A stretch of 64,000 bases of DNA from an uncultured Alphaproteobacteria bacterium (GCA_902577905.1 CACHAQ010000002.1:19728-83727), one strand, 5' to 3'; numbered from the stretch's first letter, positions 9,436-20,193 are shown. A program made the numbers and translations. The notes: generated from the sequence alone by a model not told the origin.

Positions 9436-10266
9436 TTATTCTCCTAGTAGAGAATTATCCAAAACTCTAGTTTCATATGCTGAATAAGAATGCCAGCCAT
9501 GTACTGTTTGATCAAAATCAATTACACTACCTGTCATTAATCCAGATTCTTCTGAGCACATAAAAGCTAAAGCCTTTGCTACATCGATAGGCTTAATTAA
9601 TCTGTTAAAAGGAACTTTTTTTTCTTCATCTTGCAACCAATTAGGATTTTTTTTATGAACTCTTGTTTGAATATCATGTTCAGCAGGAGTATCTGTCCAT
9701 CCAATATTTAAGGCATTTACTCTTATTTGATAACTAGCGACAGAATTTGCAATATTTTTTGTCATTGTAGCTAAAGCAGCTTTTGAACCACTATAAGCAA
9801 CAATAAATGGCATACCACTATACATTGCCATAGATAATACATTTGCAATTGTTCCTTTGTTCTTATCTCTAATCATTATTTTAATTGTCTCTTGCATTAA
9901 TATGAAAGGTGCACGGGTATTAATATTATAATTATTTTCATAATTTTCTAGAGTTGCACTTAGAATTGTTCCTCTTTCTGTATATCCTGCAACATTAATT
10001 AAAGAATTTATTGTTCCAAATTTATTATCAGTCTCCAAAACAATTTTTTTGCAATCATCAACATTTTTAAGGTCTGCTTTTATATACAAACACTCAGTGC
10101 CTAATTTTTCAATCTGATTTTTAACTTCAAGACCTTTATTTTCTTGCCTCCCACAAATTGTAATTGCTTTCGCACCTCTGCTAGCTAATAATCTTGCTGT
10201 TTCTGCACCACTACCTTGTGTACTACCTGTAACTATAATGACCTTATCTTTAAATTGCTCATTCAT
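9436..10266 (-). CDS. Short-chain dehydrogenase/reductase (SDR)
   Basis: 276 aa with TGSTQGSG cofactor motif and YSGSK catalytic motif. Confidence 0.8.
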   Translation of the reverse strand: MNEQFKDKVIIVTGSTQGSGAETARLLASRGAKAITICGRQENKGLEVKNQIEKLGTECLYIKADLKNVDDCKKIVLETDNKFGTINSLINVAGYTERGTILSATLENYENNYNINTRAPFILMQETIKIMIRDKNKGTIANVLSMAMYSGMPFIVAYSGSKAALATMTKNIANSVASYQIRVNALNIGWTDTPAEHDIQTRVHKKNPNWLQDEEKKVPFNRLIKPIDVAKALAFMCSEESGLMTGSVIDFDQTVHGWHSYSAYETRVLDNSLLGE

Positions 10267-10281
10267 AGAATTTATCTATAA

Positions 10282-11283
10282 CTAAAATTTTGGTTTTACA
10301 ACTTTATTTAATTTGACTGATTTAGTAGCTGAATTAGCAAGAATTAAAGCATTCTTTCCATCCTGAAAAGTGACTGGTGTATTTTTTTTATTTTTTATTG
10401 ATTTAATGAATTGATCTAATTGTATTTGATAAGCATCCTCGTATCTTTCAATAAAAAAATTTTTAATAGGTTTTTTTGCAAATGATAAATTTTGATTATA
10501 ATAATTAATATCATTATTCGGAACATTATCAGAAATTAACATACCGTTACTTCCAAAAACTTCGAGTCTTTGATCATACCCATAAACAGCTCTTCTAGAA
10601 TTATTTATATGAACTAAAACCCCTTTTTTTGATTTCATAAAACACATAGTTGTGTCATAATCTTTCGTAATCTTAAAATCATTTGATACATTTACAGAAC
10701 CTTGTGCAAAAACTTCAACAATAGGATCATTGTTGAGTATAAATCTTGCTAAATCAAAATCATGTATTGAACAATCTCTAAAAATTCCACCCGATTGTTT
10801 TAAATAATCAATACCAGGTGGAGAAGGGTCCCTACTTGTGATTACAATCATTTCAATTTTCCCAATCTTTCCTGATAGAACCTCACTTTGTACTTTATTA
10901 TGATTAGGATCAAATCTACGATTAAAACCAATTTGAATAGTTGGTTTATATTTTTTAATTTTTTGCCAACATTTATTTACTTTATTTATATCTAAATCAA
11001 TTGGCTTTTCGCATAATATAGCTTTATTAAATTCTGCTCCTAGAGAAATATAATCTGTATGAGTCGGGGTGGCTGATGCAATTAAAATAGCATTTATTTG
11101 ATCTGAAGAAATTGCTTCCTTTGCAGTCTTTGCAACTTCACAACTATATTTTTTTGCAATTTTTTTAGAAGAGCTTGTATTAATGTCATAAACATATTTA
11201 AGGCTCGCTTCTGGATTATCATTTATGATTGACGCATGTAATTTCCCAATTCTTCCCGTTCCTAATAAGGCAAAATTAATCAT
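10282..11283 (-). CDS. Gfo/Idh/MocA oxidoreductase, inositol 2-dehydrogenase-like
   Basis: 333 aa with N-terminal GTGRIG Rossmann motif and CEKPI motif. Confidence 0.7.
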   Translation of the reverse strand: MINFALLGTGRIGKLHASIINDNPEASLKYVYDINTSSSKKIAKKYSCEVAKTAKEAISSDQINAILIASATPTHTDYISLGAEFNKAILCEKPIDLDINKVNKCWQKIKKYKPTIQIGFNRRFDPNHNKVQSEVLSGKIGKIEMIVITSRDPSPPGIDYLKQSGGIFRDCSIHDFDLARFILNNDPIVEVFAQGSVNVSNDFKITKDYDTTMCFMKSKKGVLVHINNSRRAVYGYDQRLEVFGSNGMLISDNVPNNDINYYNQNLSFAKKPIKNFFIERYEDAYQIQLDQFIKSIKNKKNTPVTFQDGKNALILANSATKSVKLNKVVKPKF

Positions 11284-11284
11284 T

Positions 11285-12472
11285 TTAGAGTTTTACCCAC
11301 CGAGAATTCAAATTAGAAGATTTTTTTGCAGCATAAATAAATTTAATACCAGCAACACCATCGTCAATTGTTGGAAATGAATATTTTTTATTTTTATTGT
11401 GAATCTGATCAGCAAATTCTGAATAAATATTTGCAAAAGCTTCAAAAAAACCTTCTGGGTGACCAGCAGCAATTCTTGAAGAGGAAAGTGAAAATTTTGA
11501 TACTAATTTACTTGCTCTTGTTATAACTTTCATTGGTTTATCTAGTTCTGTAAACTTTAGATTATTTGGATCGTCCTGTAACCACTCTATTGAACCTTTT
11601 GTTCCATACACTCTAATTTTTAGACCATTTTCTCCACCCGTAGCAGCAGATGATACCCAGATTATACCTCTTGCCTTATTTCGCATTCTTAATAATACAA
11701 AAGCATTATCATCTACTGAAATTTCTGAAGATAATGAATTTACTTCTGCTGATATTTCGTTTGCTTCTAATCCAGTCACATATCTCAACAAATGATACGC
11801 GTGAGTTCCAATTTCAGATAATATCATTGAGGGTCCAGATTGTTTTTTATCTAGTCTCCATTTTAATGTTCTTTTTTCGTCTTTCTTTTTTACTCCGACT
11901 GTATAACCTTGGGGGTACTCAACATTTATTAAATTGATTTTTCCTAATTTATGATTTGAAATTATATTCTTTGCCTCTCGTAGCATTGGATAGCTTGAGT
12001 AATTGTGTGTTAATGCAAATACAATTTTATTTTTTAAAATTACTTTTTTTAATTTAACAGCATCCTCAACCGTTGCGGTTAAAGGCTTGTCACAAATAAT
12101 ATGTATTCCTTTTTCAATAAATGCTTTTGCTATCTTATAATGATCACCAGATGGAGTCATTATTCCAAGCGCTTGAATACCATCATTTCTTTTTGACTCA
12201 GCGGATGCCATAGACTTATAATCACTGTAACAACGATCATCAGCTAATCCTAATGAAGAACCAAAAGATTTAGATTTTTTTTTATCTTTTGAAAATATTC
12301 CAGCAACAAATTCAAATTTATTATCAAATCTTGCTGATAACCTATGTGTGTATCCAATAAATGAATTAGGACCTCCACCAATAAAACCAATTCGGATTTT
12401 GCTTTTATTATTTAAAGTATCATTTCTGAGTAAGTCTAATCTACCAAAAGCAATTTTGGATTTTTTTTTCAT
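11285..12472 (-). CDS. Gfo/Idh/MocA-family oxidoreductase
   Basis: 395 aa with GFIGGGPNSFIG and CDKPL motifs. There is a 1-nt gap to the downstream gene and a TAATG overlap with the upstream SDR. Confidence 0.7.
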   Translation of the reverse strand: MKKKSKIAFGRLDLLRNDTLNNKSKIRIGFIGGGPNSFIGYTHRLSARFDNKFEFVAGIFSKDKKKSKSFGSSLGLADDRCYSDYKSMASAESKRNDGIQALGIMTPSGDHYKIAKAFIEKGIHIICDKPLTATVEDAVKLKKVILKNKIVFALTHNYSSYPMLREAKNIISNHKLGKINLINVEYPQGYTVGVKKKDEKRTLKWRLDKKQSGPSMILSEIGTHAYHLLRYVTGLEANEISAEVNSLSSEISVDDNAFVLLRMRNKARGIIWVSSAATGGENGLKIRVYGTKGSIEWLQDDPNNLKFTELDKPMKVITRASKLVSKFSLSSSRIAAGHPEGFFEAFANIYSEFADQIHNKNKKYSFPTIDDGVAGIKFIYAAKKSSNLNSRWVKL

Positions 12473-13242
12473 TAATTAACTATGCCACCATCAATTACAT
12501 AATTCTGTGCAGTACAACCAGAGCTTTGATCAGATGCAAAAAACAAAACTGGTTTTGATATATCTTCAGGCATAAGCATTCTCTTAATACATTGTCTCTC
12601 AAGTTGGGTTTTTTCAATTTCTGGAGTAAGCCATAATTTTTTTTGCCTCTCCGTAATGATCCAGCCTGGAACAATACAATTTACTCTAATATTATAGATT
12701 CCTAAATCTCTTGCTAAAGTTCTTGTTAAACCCATAATGGCGGATTTTGCAGTGGTATATCCAGCCATACCGCCTTGGGAAATCATCCAAGAAAAACTAC
12801 CTATATTTACAATGGAACCTTTACCTAAATCTTTCATATCTTTGTAGACAGCTTGAGTTGCAAAAAAATAATGTCTCAAATTAATATTCATTCTATCATC
12901 CCAATATTCAGGAGTGACACTATCTAGATCATGCCTCTCATCATTTGCTGCATTGTTTACTAGAATTGAAATTGGCCCAATTTCTTTTTTTACTTTTTCT
13001 AATGAACTTTTAAGTTGTTCTATATTTTTTAAATCACACTTTACAAATAAACTATCAATATCATATTTGTTTTTAATTTTTTTTGATAAGTCATTACCTA
13101 GATCATCATTTATATCTAAAAATGCAACTTTTGATTTTTGAGAAGCAAATTGTTCAACAATACTTTCCCCAATTCCTGATGCACCCCCTGTAATAAGCAC
13201 TACTCTATCTTTTAGTGATGGATAAGTTGCGATTTCGTTCAT
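12472..13242 (-). CDS. Short-chain dehydrogenase/reductase (SDR)
   Basis: 256 aa with TGGASGIG, NNAA and YTTAK motifs. Confidence 0.8.
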   Translation of the reverse strand: MNEIATYPSLKDRVVLITGGASGIGESIVEQFASQKSKVAFLDINDDLGNDLSKKIKNKYDIDSLFVKCDLKNIEQLKSSLEKVKKEIGPISILVNNAANDERHDLDSVTPEYWDDRMNINLRHYFFATQAVYKDMKDLGKGSIVNIGSFSWMISQGGMAGYTTAKSAIMGLTRTLARDLGIYNIRVNCIVPGWIITERQKKLWLTPEIEKTQLERQCIKRMLMPEDISKPVLFFASDQSSGCTAQNYVIDGGIVN

Positions 13243-13272
13243 GATTATTTATGATATATATTAATCTAAACT

Positions 13273-14775
13273 ATGTTTAACATAATCAAATTAAATGAAA
13301 AAGATAATATTGGAATTGCTCCAATGGATATTCCTGAGAATATTAATATAAATTATGGAATTAAATCTATAAATAATATTCCTTACGGCCATAAAATTTC
13401 TCTAAAAAAAATTAAAAGTGGTGATTTTATTTTTAAGTATGGTCAGATAATTGGAATCTCTAATAAAAATATAGAACCTGGTGAACATGTCCATTCCCAT
13501 AATATGGGATATAGTGAATTCAAAAGAGAATATATCCGTAAAGATATTAGAAATGATATTAATAAAAGTGAAAAAACAGAATACTTTAAAGGCTTTAAAA
13601 GAAATAATGGATCATCAGGAACTAGGAATTATATAGGTTTAATTAGTACAGTTAATTGTTCAGCAACAGTTGTAAAAAAAATATCAGATAAAATAAATAA
13701 TTATTTAAAAGATAATAATTTTGAAAATATTGATGGAGCGGTTTGTTTAAAACATTCATCAGGTTGTGGCATGAATACTTCTGGATACGCTATGAGTGTG
13801 TTTAACAGAACTATTGAAGGTTTTAAAATTCATCCAAACTTTGGAAAAGTTTTTGTTATCGGACTAGGATGCGAATGTGCCCAAATAAGTTTGTATAATA
13901 ATGATCAGGAAAAAAGAAATATTGAATATTTGAATATTCAAGACGAAGGTGGAACAAATGAAATAATAACAAAAGTAACTTCAAGAATTATTAATCAACT
14001 AAATGAAATTAATAGTATTTCTAGGACAAATATTCCTGTCTCAGAATTAACAGTTGCTTTACAATGTGGAGGTTCAGATTCGTATTCTGGGATAACTGCA
14101 AATCCTGCACTAGGCTTTGCTTCAGATTTGATTATTGATCATGGAGGAACAACATTACTATCAGAGACTCCAGAAATATATGGAGCGGAACATTTATTAT
14201 TTGAAAAATCATCAAATGAAAAAAATATAGAAAAACTAAACAAACAAATTGAATGGTGGAAAGAATATGTAGCTAGCAACGATAGCACATTAGATAATAA
14301 TCCAAGTCCTGGTAATAAAAAAGGAGGTTTAACTACAATTCTGGAAAAATCATTAGGTGCAGTATCAAAAGCTGGTAATAGAAATATGGTTGATGTCCTC
14401 GATTATGCTGAACAGGTAAAAAACAAAGGTTTTAACTTTATGAATTCTCCAGGTTACGATCCTGTATCTGTAACTGGTCAAGTTGCTTCTGGCGCTAATG
14501 TTATTTGTTTTACTACTGGTCGAGGTTCTTGCTTTGGATTTAAACCCACTCCAAGTATTAAAATAGCAACAAATACAAATATGTATAATAAACTTAGTGA
14601 AGATATGGATATCAATGCTGGTACTATTATGGATAATGTTGCAAGCATTAATGAGGTTGGCAAAGAAATATTTGATAAAATAATTTCAGTTGCATCAGGT
14701 GAAAAATCAAAGAGTGAAATAAATGATTATGGGGATGATGAATTTAATCCCTGGATAATTGGTGCAACGCTATAA
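13273..14775 (+). CDS. UxaA/GarD-family sugar-acid dehydratase (SAF domain plus UxaA C-terminal domain)
   Basis: 500 aa. The N-terminal SAF-like segment is GHKISLKKIKSGDFIFKYGQIIGISNKNIEPGEHVHSHN. The size is typical of altronate/galactarate dehydratases. Confidence 0.75.
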   Translation: MFNIIKLNEKDNIGIAPMDIPENININYGIKSINNIPYGHKISLKKIKSGDFIFKYGQIIGISNKNIEPGEHVHSHNMGYSEFKREYIRKDIRNDINKSEKTEYFKGFKRNNGSSGTRNYIGLISTVNCSATVVKKISDKINNYLKDNNFENIDGAVCLKHSSGCGMNTSGYAMSVFNRTIEGFKIHPNFGKVFVIGLGCECAQISLYNNDQEKRNIEYLNIQDEGGTNEIITKVTSRIINQLNEINSISRTNIPVSELTVALQCGGSDSYSGITANPALGFASDLIIDHGGTTLLSETPEIYGAEHLLFEKSSNEKNIEKLNKQIEWWKEYVASNDSTLDNNPSPGNKKGGLTTILEKSLGAVSKAGNRNMVDVLDYAEQVKNKGFNFMNSPGYDPVSVTGQVASGANVICFTTGRGSCFGFKPTPSIKIATNTNMYNKLSEDMDINAGTIMDNVASINEVGKEIFDKIISVASGEKSKSEINDYGDDEFNPWIIGATL

Positions 14776-14777
14776 AT

Positions 14778-15926
14778 TTATAAATCACCTTTAAAAGCAT
14801 TAACATACATTTTTAAAAAATCTTCTGCATTAACAGGTATAGGATTTGTACTTGTGGAAGGATCATTAAAAGCCATTAAACTCATTTTTTCTAAATTTTT
14901 GTCATCATCAATTATTTCACTTAAAGTATGAGGAATATTTAAATTAGATCTAAGCTCTAAAATCCAATCCATAAAATTATTAAATGTTGCTGATTTTAAA
15001 TTTATATATCTTGAAATATCAATAATTTTTTCTTCAATGCCTTTTTTATTATATTGTAAAACATATGGCATAAAAACTGCATTAGTTAATCCATGATGTG
15101 TATTATAAATTGCACCAACAGGATGACTTAAAGAATGAATAGCACCTAAACCTTTTTGGAAAGCTATTGAGCCCATAGATGAAGATGCTAGCATATGCGA
15201 TCTAGCTTCTAGATTTGATCCATCTTTAAAAGCAAGAACAAGATTATTTTTTACTAATCTAATTCCTTCTATTGCAATACCTTGCGAATAAGGATGAAAA
15301 ATATTCGACAAATATGCTTCTAAGCAATGAGCTAGTGCATCCATTCCTGTAAAGGCTGTTAGATTTGCGGGAAGTGGAATAGTCAAATTTGGATCAAGGA
15401 TAACAATTGATGGAAGCATTTTTGGATGAAAAATTATTTTTTTTTCTTGTGTTTGTTCGTTAGTAAAGACTGATGCTCTCCCAGTTTCAGAGCCAGTACC
15501 AGCTGTAGTTGGTAAAGCAATTATTGGAAAAATTGAATCTGCATTAGCTCTAGTCCACCAGTCACCAATATCTTCAAAATCCCAGATTGGTCTTTCTTGC
15601 TTGGCCATGAATGCAATTGCCTTCCCCGTATCCATACCCGAGCCTCCACCAACAGCTATTACTCCATCATGTTTATTTTCATTAAATACTTTAACACCAT
15701 CTTCAACATTCTTACCTGTAGGATTTGATTTAACATCACTATAAACAATTGCCTGTTTATCTAAACAATCATTTAACTTATTAATAATGTTTGTTTTTAA
15801 AATTCCATTATCAGTAACAATTAATGGTTTTTGAATATTTAATTCTTCACAGGCTTTTTGTATTTCTTTTATTCTATCAACACCAAACCAGATTGTAGTA
15901 GGGTAATTCCAATTAATATTTTCCAT
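14778..15926 (-). CDS. Iron-containing (group III) alcohol dehydrogenase
   Basis: 382 aa with the GGGSGMDTGKA motif and His-rich metal site (HCLEAY, HSLSHPVG). Confidence 0.8.
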   Translation of the reverse strand: MENINWNYPTTIWFGVDRIKEIQKACEELNIQKPLIVTDNGILKTNIINKLNDCLDKQAIVYSDVKSNPTGKNVEDGVKVFNENKHDGVIAVGGGSGMDTGKAIAFMAKQERPIWDFEDIGDWWTRANADSIFPIIALPTTAGTGSETGRASVFTNEQTQEKKIIFHPKMLPSIVILDPNLTIPLPANLTAFTGMDALAHCLEAYLSNIFHPYSQGIAIEGIRLVKNNLVLAFKDGSNLEARSHMLASSSMGSIAFQKGLGAIHSLSHPVGAIYNTHHGLTNAVFMPYVLQYNKKGIEEKIIDISRYINLKSATFNNFMDWILELRSNLNIPHTLSEIIDDDKNLEKMSLMAFNDPSTSTNPIPVNAEDFLKMYVNAFKGDL

Positions 15927-15930
15927 AATC

Positions 15931-17307
15931 TTAAATATTTCTTATATGATAGCTTTTTACTCTTGTTAAATGATCAAATCCTAGAACAGATAAAGTAACG
16001 CCAATTCCTGTATCTTTTACACCGGTCCATGCTAAGCCGGGATCTAAGTAATCACATCTATTCATAAAAAAAGTTCCTGTCTCAACATTTTTTCCAAAAT
16101 TTTCTGCAAAAGACTTATCATTTGTCCAAATACTTGCTGTTAACCCATAAGAACTATCATTCATTAGAGATAAAGCTTCATTTTCATTTTCTACTTTCAT
16201 TATTCCAACTGAAGGACCAAATATTTCTTCCATCATATATTTCATCGAATGATCGACATTAATGAGTGCACTTGGGCTTACATAACAATTATTACCATCA
16301 TCTAAATTAAATTTTTTGTTATCTATAATATTCTTTCCACCTTGACTAATTGCGTTGTTAACTTCAGATCTAATATAATTTGCAGCAGATTGCTTCACTA
16401 CTGGACCTAAATTTGTCTCCATCTCTAGTGGATTTCCTAAAACATATTTCTCAGTTACATCTTTAAATTTTTCTACAAATGTATTGTATATTTTTTTATC
16501 AACATAAATTCTTTCGATACCACAACAAGATTGACCAGAATTGAAGTATGATCCATCAACTAAATTTTCAACAGCATGATCTAAGTCACAATCAGCTCTA
16601 ACATAAGCAGGATCTTTTCCACCTAACTCAAGACCCGCTCCAATAAATCTAGTGCCTATAGATTTTTTTATTTGTTTTCCGCCACTTACAGAACCTGTAA
16701 ATAAAACATGATTAATTCTTGAATCTGAAATTATTCTTGATGTTTGATCATGATCTAAATGTAAATACTGAAAAATATTTTTTGGTAATGAAGATTGTTT
16801 AGCTGCCTCATATAATTCTTCAGCACAGAGTGGAGTTTGAGAAGAATGTTTTAATATAACTGCATTACCTGCAAGTAAACTTGGTACAATTGAATTAACA
16901 GAAGTGTTGAAAGGGTAGTTCCATGGTGCAATTACAAATATAGTCCCTAGTGGTTCTTTGTTTATATAATTATCAAATTCATCATTTTTAATTGATACAA
17001 CTCTTGAAAGTGCTCTATCAGCATTTTCAATCATATAACGAGCTCTTTCTTCAAAACCTCGCATCTCTCCTGGGCACTGTGCTATAGGTCTTCCTATTTG
17101 CTTACATAAATTACTAGAAACATCCTTATTTTTTAAAAATATTTCTACAAAATTTAAAACTGACTTTTTTCTTTCATCTAGAGATATATTCTTCCAATGC
17201 TCTCTTACAGCATAGGAATTGCTAAGACTTTTTTCAATATCTTCTTCTGTTGCATATTCTCTTTTAACTAAGACGGAGTTGTCTATTGGAGTAATAGTCT
17301 CAAACAT
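15931..17307 (-). CDS. Aldehyde dehydrogenase family protein
   Basis: 458 aa with ALDH motifs LELGGKDP and FNSGQSCCG (catalytic Cys). Confidence 0.8.
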   Translation of the reverse strand: MFETITPIDNSVLVKREYATEEDIEKSLSNSYAVREHWKNISLDERKKSVLNFVEIFLKNKDVSSNLCKQIGRPIAQCPGEMRGFEERARYMIENADRALSRVVSIKNDEFDNYINKEPLGTIFVIAPWNYPFNTSVNSIVPSLLAGNAVILKHSSQTPLCAEELYEAAKQSSLPKNIFQYLHLDHDQTSRIISDSRINHVLFTGSVSGGKQIKKSIGTRFIGAGLELGGKDPAYVRADCDLDHAVENLVDGSYFNSGQSCCGIERIYVDKKIYNTFVEKFKDVTEKYVLGNPLEMETNLGPVVKQSAANYIRSEVNNAISQGGKNIIDNKKFNLDDGNNCYVSPSALINVDHSMKYMMEEIFGPSVGIMKVENENEALSLMNDSSYGLTASIWTNDKSFAENFGKNVETGTFFMNRCDYLDPGLAWTGVKDTGIGVTLSVLGFDHLTRVKSYHIRNI

Positions 17308-17316
17308 TTAGTAAAA

Positions 17317-18675
17317 TTAGCCTCGTTCGAAATATCTTCGTAATTGCCAATCATTAACTGAACCATCATAATCTTTTTGCTCCCATTCAGCAGCATGGAT
17401 ATAATGATCAAGTACATCTTGTGGAAATATCTCTTTTAAAAATTTAGATTTTTTAGCAAGTTGGATTGCTTCGTTAAGTGTTTTAGGAACTTCATTTACT
17501 ATTTTCTCATAAATATTCCCTGAATAAGGTTTATCTAATTTAAGTTTATTTTTAATACCGTATAAACCAGCACCAACTAAAGCTGCAAAAGAAAGATAAG
17601 GATTCACATCCGCTCCTGGGACTCGACATTCAATTCTTATGGATGATCCATAACCAGCTAGTCTAAACCCAGCAGTACGATTATCAATACCCCAAACAGA
17701 TTTTGTAGGAGCAAATGATCCATCTTGAAATCTTTTATAAGAATTAATATTTGGTGCTAAAAAAATTGATATATCTGGCAATAATTTAATTTGTCCCGCA
17801 AGATAACTTTTAAAAATATCAGACATGCCATATTTATCCTTAGGGTTATAAAAAATATTTTTCTTTGTTTTCTTATCGAATAAAGAGTTATGAATATGAC
17901 ATGAACTTCCACAAACTTCTTTGTTATATTTAGCCATAAAGGTTACGGCTTTGTTATGTTTATAAGCAATTTCTTTTGTCGCATTTTTAATTAAAATATG
18001 ATTGTCAGCCATGTTTAATGCATCGGAAAAAACAACATTAATTTCTTCTTGTCCTGGAGCTGCTTCACCCTTTGAACATTCTACATAAATTCCACTATCT
18101 AAAAGAGAATTTCTTAATTCCTGCATCACATCCTCTTCTTTCGTAGTTTGGAAAATCATGTAATCTTCAATATACCAAGAAGACTCTTTAAGTTTAGTAT
18201 AGTTATTATTATGAATTTCTTCATAAGTTTGATTAAAAAGAAAAAACTCTAATTCTGAACCAACCATAGATTGAAATCCCATTTTGTCTGCCTTAGCTAA
18301 AACATCTTTTAATATCTGTCTTGTTGAATGAATAAGTGGTTTTTTTCCTGAATGGTCTAAACAATCACATATTACTATAGCTGTTTTATTTAACCAATTT
18401 GCTATCTTTATTGTTTTGAGATCTGGAATTACAGTCATATCTCCATAACCCGTCTCCCATGAAGAAGATTTATATCCGGGTACAGTAAACATATCCATAT
18501 CAACGGTATAGAGATAATCACACATATGCGTTTCTTTATAGACATAATCAATAAAAGCTTTTCCAGTAACTCTTTTACCATTTAGTCTACCTTGCATATC
18601 TGATACGCAAACTAAAACTGTATCTATTTCTTTTTTTGTTATTAGTTTTTTTAACTGATTAAATGTAATACTCAT
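17317..18675 (-). CDS. Glutamine synthetase-family gamma-glutamyl-amine synthetase (PuuA/GlnA3-like)
   Basis: GS beta-grasp plus catalytic domain (GSELEFFLF, SSCHIHNSL, NRTAGFRL). I place the start at the internal ATG at 18673-18675 (MSITFNQLKK). The 30-codon upstream extension in the track is hydrophobic junk and would run over the divergent gene start. Confidence 0.75.
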   Translation of the reverse strand: MSITFNQLKKLITKKEIDTVLVCVSDMQGRLNGKRVTGKAFIDYVYKETHMCDYLYTVDMDMFTVPGYKSSSWETGYGDMTVIPDLKTIKIANWLNKTAIVICDCLDHSGKKPLIHSTRQILKDVLAKADKMGFQSMVGSELEFFLFNQTYEEIHNNNYTKLKESSWYIEDYMIFQTTKEEDVMQELRNSLLDSGIYVECSKGEAAPGQEEINVVFSDALNMADNHILIKNATKEIAYKHNKAVTFMAKYNKEVCGSSCHIHNSLFDKKTKKNIFYNPKDKYGMSDIFKSYLAGQIKLLPDISIFLAPNINSYKRFQDGSFAPTKSVWGIDNRTAGFRLAGYGSSIRIECRVPGADVNPYLSFAALVGAGLYGIKNKLKLDKPYSGNIYEKIVNEVPKTLNEAIQLAKKSKFLKEIFPQDVLDHYIHAAEWEQKDYDGSVNDWQLRRYFERG

Positions 18676-18759
18676 GTTTCTTAAAATTAAATTTGTATCA
18701 TTTTCATATCCTAAATGATAAAGAATGAAACAAAAATAATTGATTAAAAAACACAGAAA

Positions 18760-20193
18760 ATGCAAAAATATAAGAATTTTATAAATAATAAATGGATTGA
18801 AAGTGAGTCCAAAGAAACAATAAAGGTTGATGATCCTTCAAATGGTAAAATCATTGGCGAAATTTCATGTGCAAAAAAAAATGAAGTTGATCTTGCGGTT
18901 GAGGCAGCTAAAAATTCTTATAACAGCAGAGTACTTGTAGATATGCCTTTACTTTCAAGAGCAAAACTAATGAGAAAAATTGCAGAAGAAACAAGAAAGG
19001 TTTCAAAAGAAGGTGGTGAGCTTCTTTGTTATGAAAATGGAAAAAATATCGCTTCAGCAATTAAAGAATTCAATGATGTAGCAGATATGTTTGATTATTA
19101 TGCAGGCTTAACAGATAAACTTGAGGGTAAAACAATACCTGTTGCAAAAAATGTTTTTGATTACACAGTTTTAGAACCATTTGGTGTATCAGCACATGTT
19201 GTGCCATGGAATTTTCCATTATCAATGATAGGAAGATCACTGTCATGTTCTTTTGCTACAGGAAATTCAACAATTATAAAAACTGCAGAATTAACCCCCT
19301 TGTCAGCAACAGTTTTTGCTAAAGCAATACAAAATGCTGGAGTACCTGAAGGATTGATAAACATAATTTGTGGATATGGAAATGAGGCAGGATCTTATCT
19401 TGTATCTCATGAAGATGTAAATCATGTAGTATTTACAGGCTCAGTCGCAACTGGGAAAAAGATTCTTCATGCTTGTGCTGACAAAGCTATACCTGCTGTA
19501 GTTGAATTAGGTGGTAAATCAGCTGGCATAGTGTACCCTGACGCAGATCTAAATGAAGTTTTAGAAAGTGCACGTTCAGGAATATTTAGCGTTGCAGGAC
19601 AAATTTGTACAGCGATGTCTAGATTGGTAGTTCATAAATCAATCAAAGATGAATTAGTAGATAAACTTGTTGATATGAGTAAATCTTTAAAAATTGGACC
19701 TGGTATAGAAAAAGATACAGACTTAACTCCAGTTATATCAGAAAATCAACTTCAAAAAGTTGAAGGTTATGCAAGATCAGGAATCCAAGAAGGCGCAGAA
19801 GCAGCATATGGTGGGAAAAGATTAGAACGTGAGGGATATTTTATGGAGCCAACAGTTTTAAACAATGTAAAACAAAGTATGACTGTAGCCAGAGAAGAAA
19901 TTTTTGGTCCAGTACTCTCAGTTCTTGAATATGAAGATCAAGAAGAAGCAATTGATATCGCTAATGACACTGAGTATGGACTAGGTGCTGGTGTTTTTAC
20001 AAAAGATCTTAAAAAAGCATCTTGGACTGCAAGTAAACTAGAAGCTGGTCAAGTATATGTAAATAAATGGTTCACGGGTAATCATGCAACACCCTTTGGA
20101 GGTTATAAACAATCAGGATATAGTCGCGAAAAAGGAGTAGATGGACTTAAATCATACCTTCAAGTCAAAAACGTTGGGATTAGTTTAGTCTAA
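18760..20193 (+). CDS. NAD(P)-dependent aldehyde dehydrogenase (PuuC/betaine-aldehyde-DH-like)
   Basis: 477 aa with ALDH motifs VELGGKSA and VAGQICTA (catalytic Cys) and EEIFGPV. Confidence 0.8.
   Translation: MQKYKNFINNKWIESESKETIKVDDPSNGKIIGEISCAKKNEVDLAVEAAKNSYNSRVLVDMPLLSRAKLMRKIAEETRKVSKEGGELLCYENGKNIASAIKEFNDVADMFDYYAGLTDKLEGKTIPVAKNVFDYTVLEPFGVSAHVVPWNFPLSMIGRSLSCSFATGNSTIIKTAELTPLSATVFAKAIQNAGVPEGLINIICGYGNEAGSYLVSHEDVNHVVFTGSVATGKKILHACADKAIPAVVELGGKSAGIVYPDADLNEVLESARSGIFSVAGQICTAMSRLVVHKSIKDELVDKLVDMSKSLKIGPGIEKDTDLTPVISENQLQKVEGYARSGIQEGAEAAYGGKRLEREGYFMEPTVLNNVKQSMTVAREEIFGPVLSVLEYEDQEEAIDIANDTEYGLGAGVFTKDLKKASWTASKLEAGQVYVNKWFTGNHATPFGGYKQSGYSREKGVDGLKSYLQVKNVGISLV

Noticed and set aside
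18676-18765. The 30-codon N-terminal extension of the GS-like ORF (MHFLCFLINYFCFILYHLGYENDTNLILRN), which overlaps the divergent ALDH start. There is a similar 14-codon extension of the PotA-like ORF at 25986-26027.
   Set aside because: The extensions are hydrophobic, low-complexity sequences with no counterpart in the families. The internal ATGs give family-typical N-termini and restore sensible divergent spacers.
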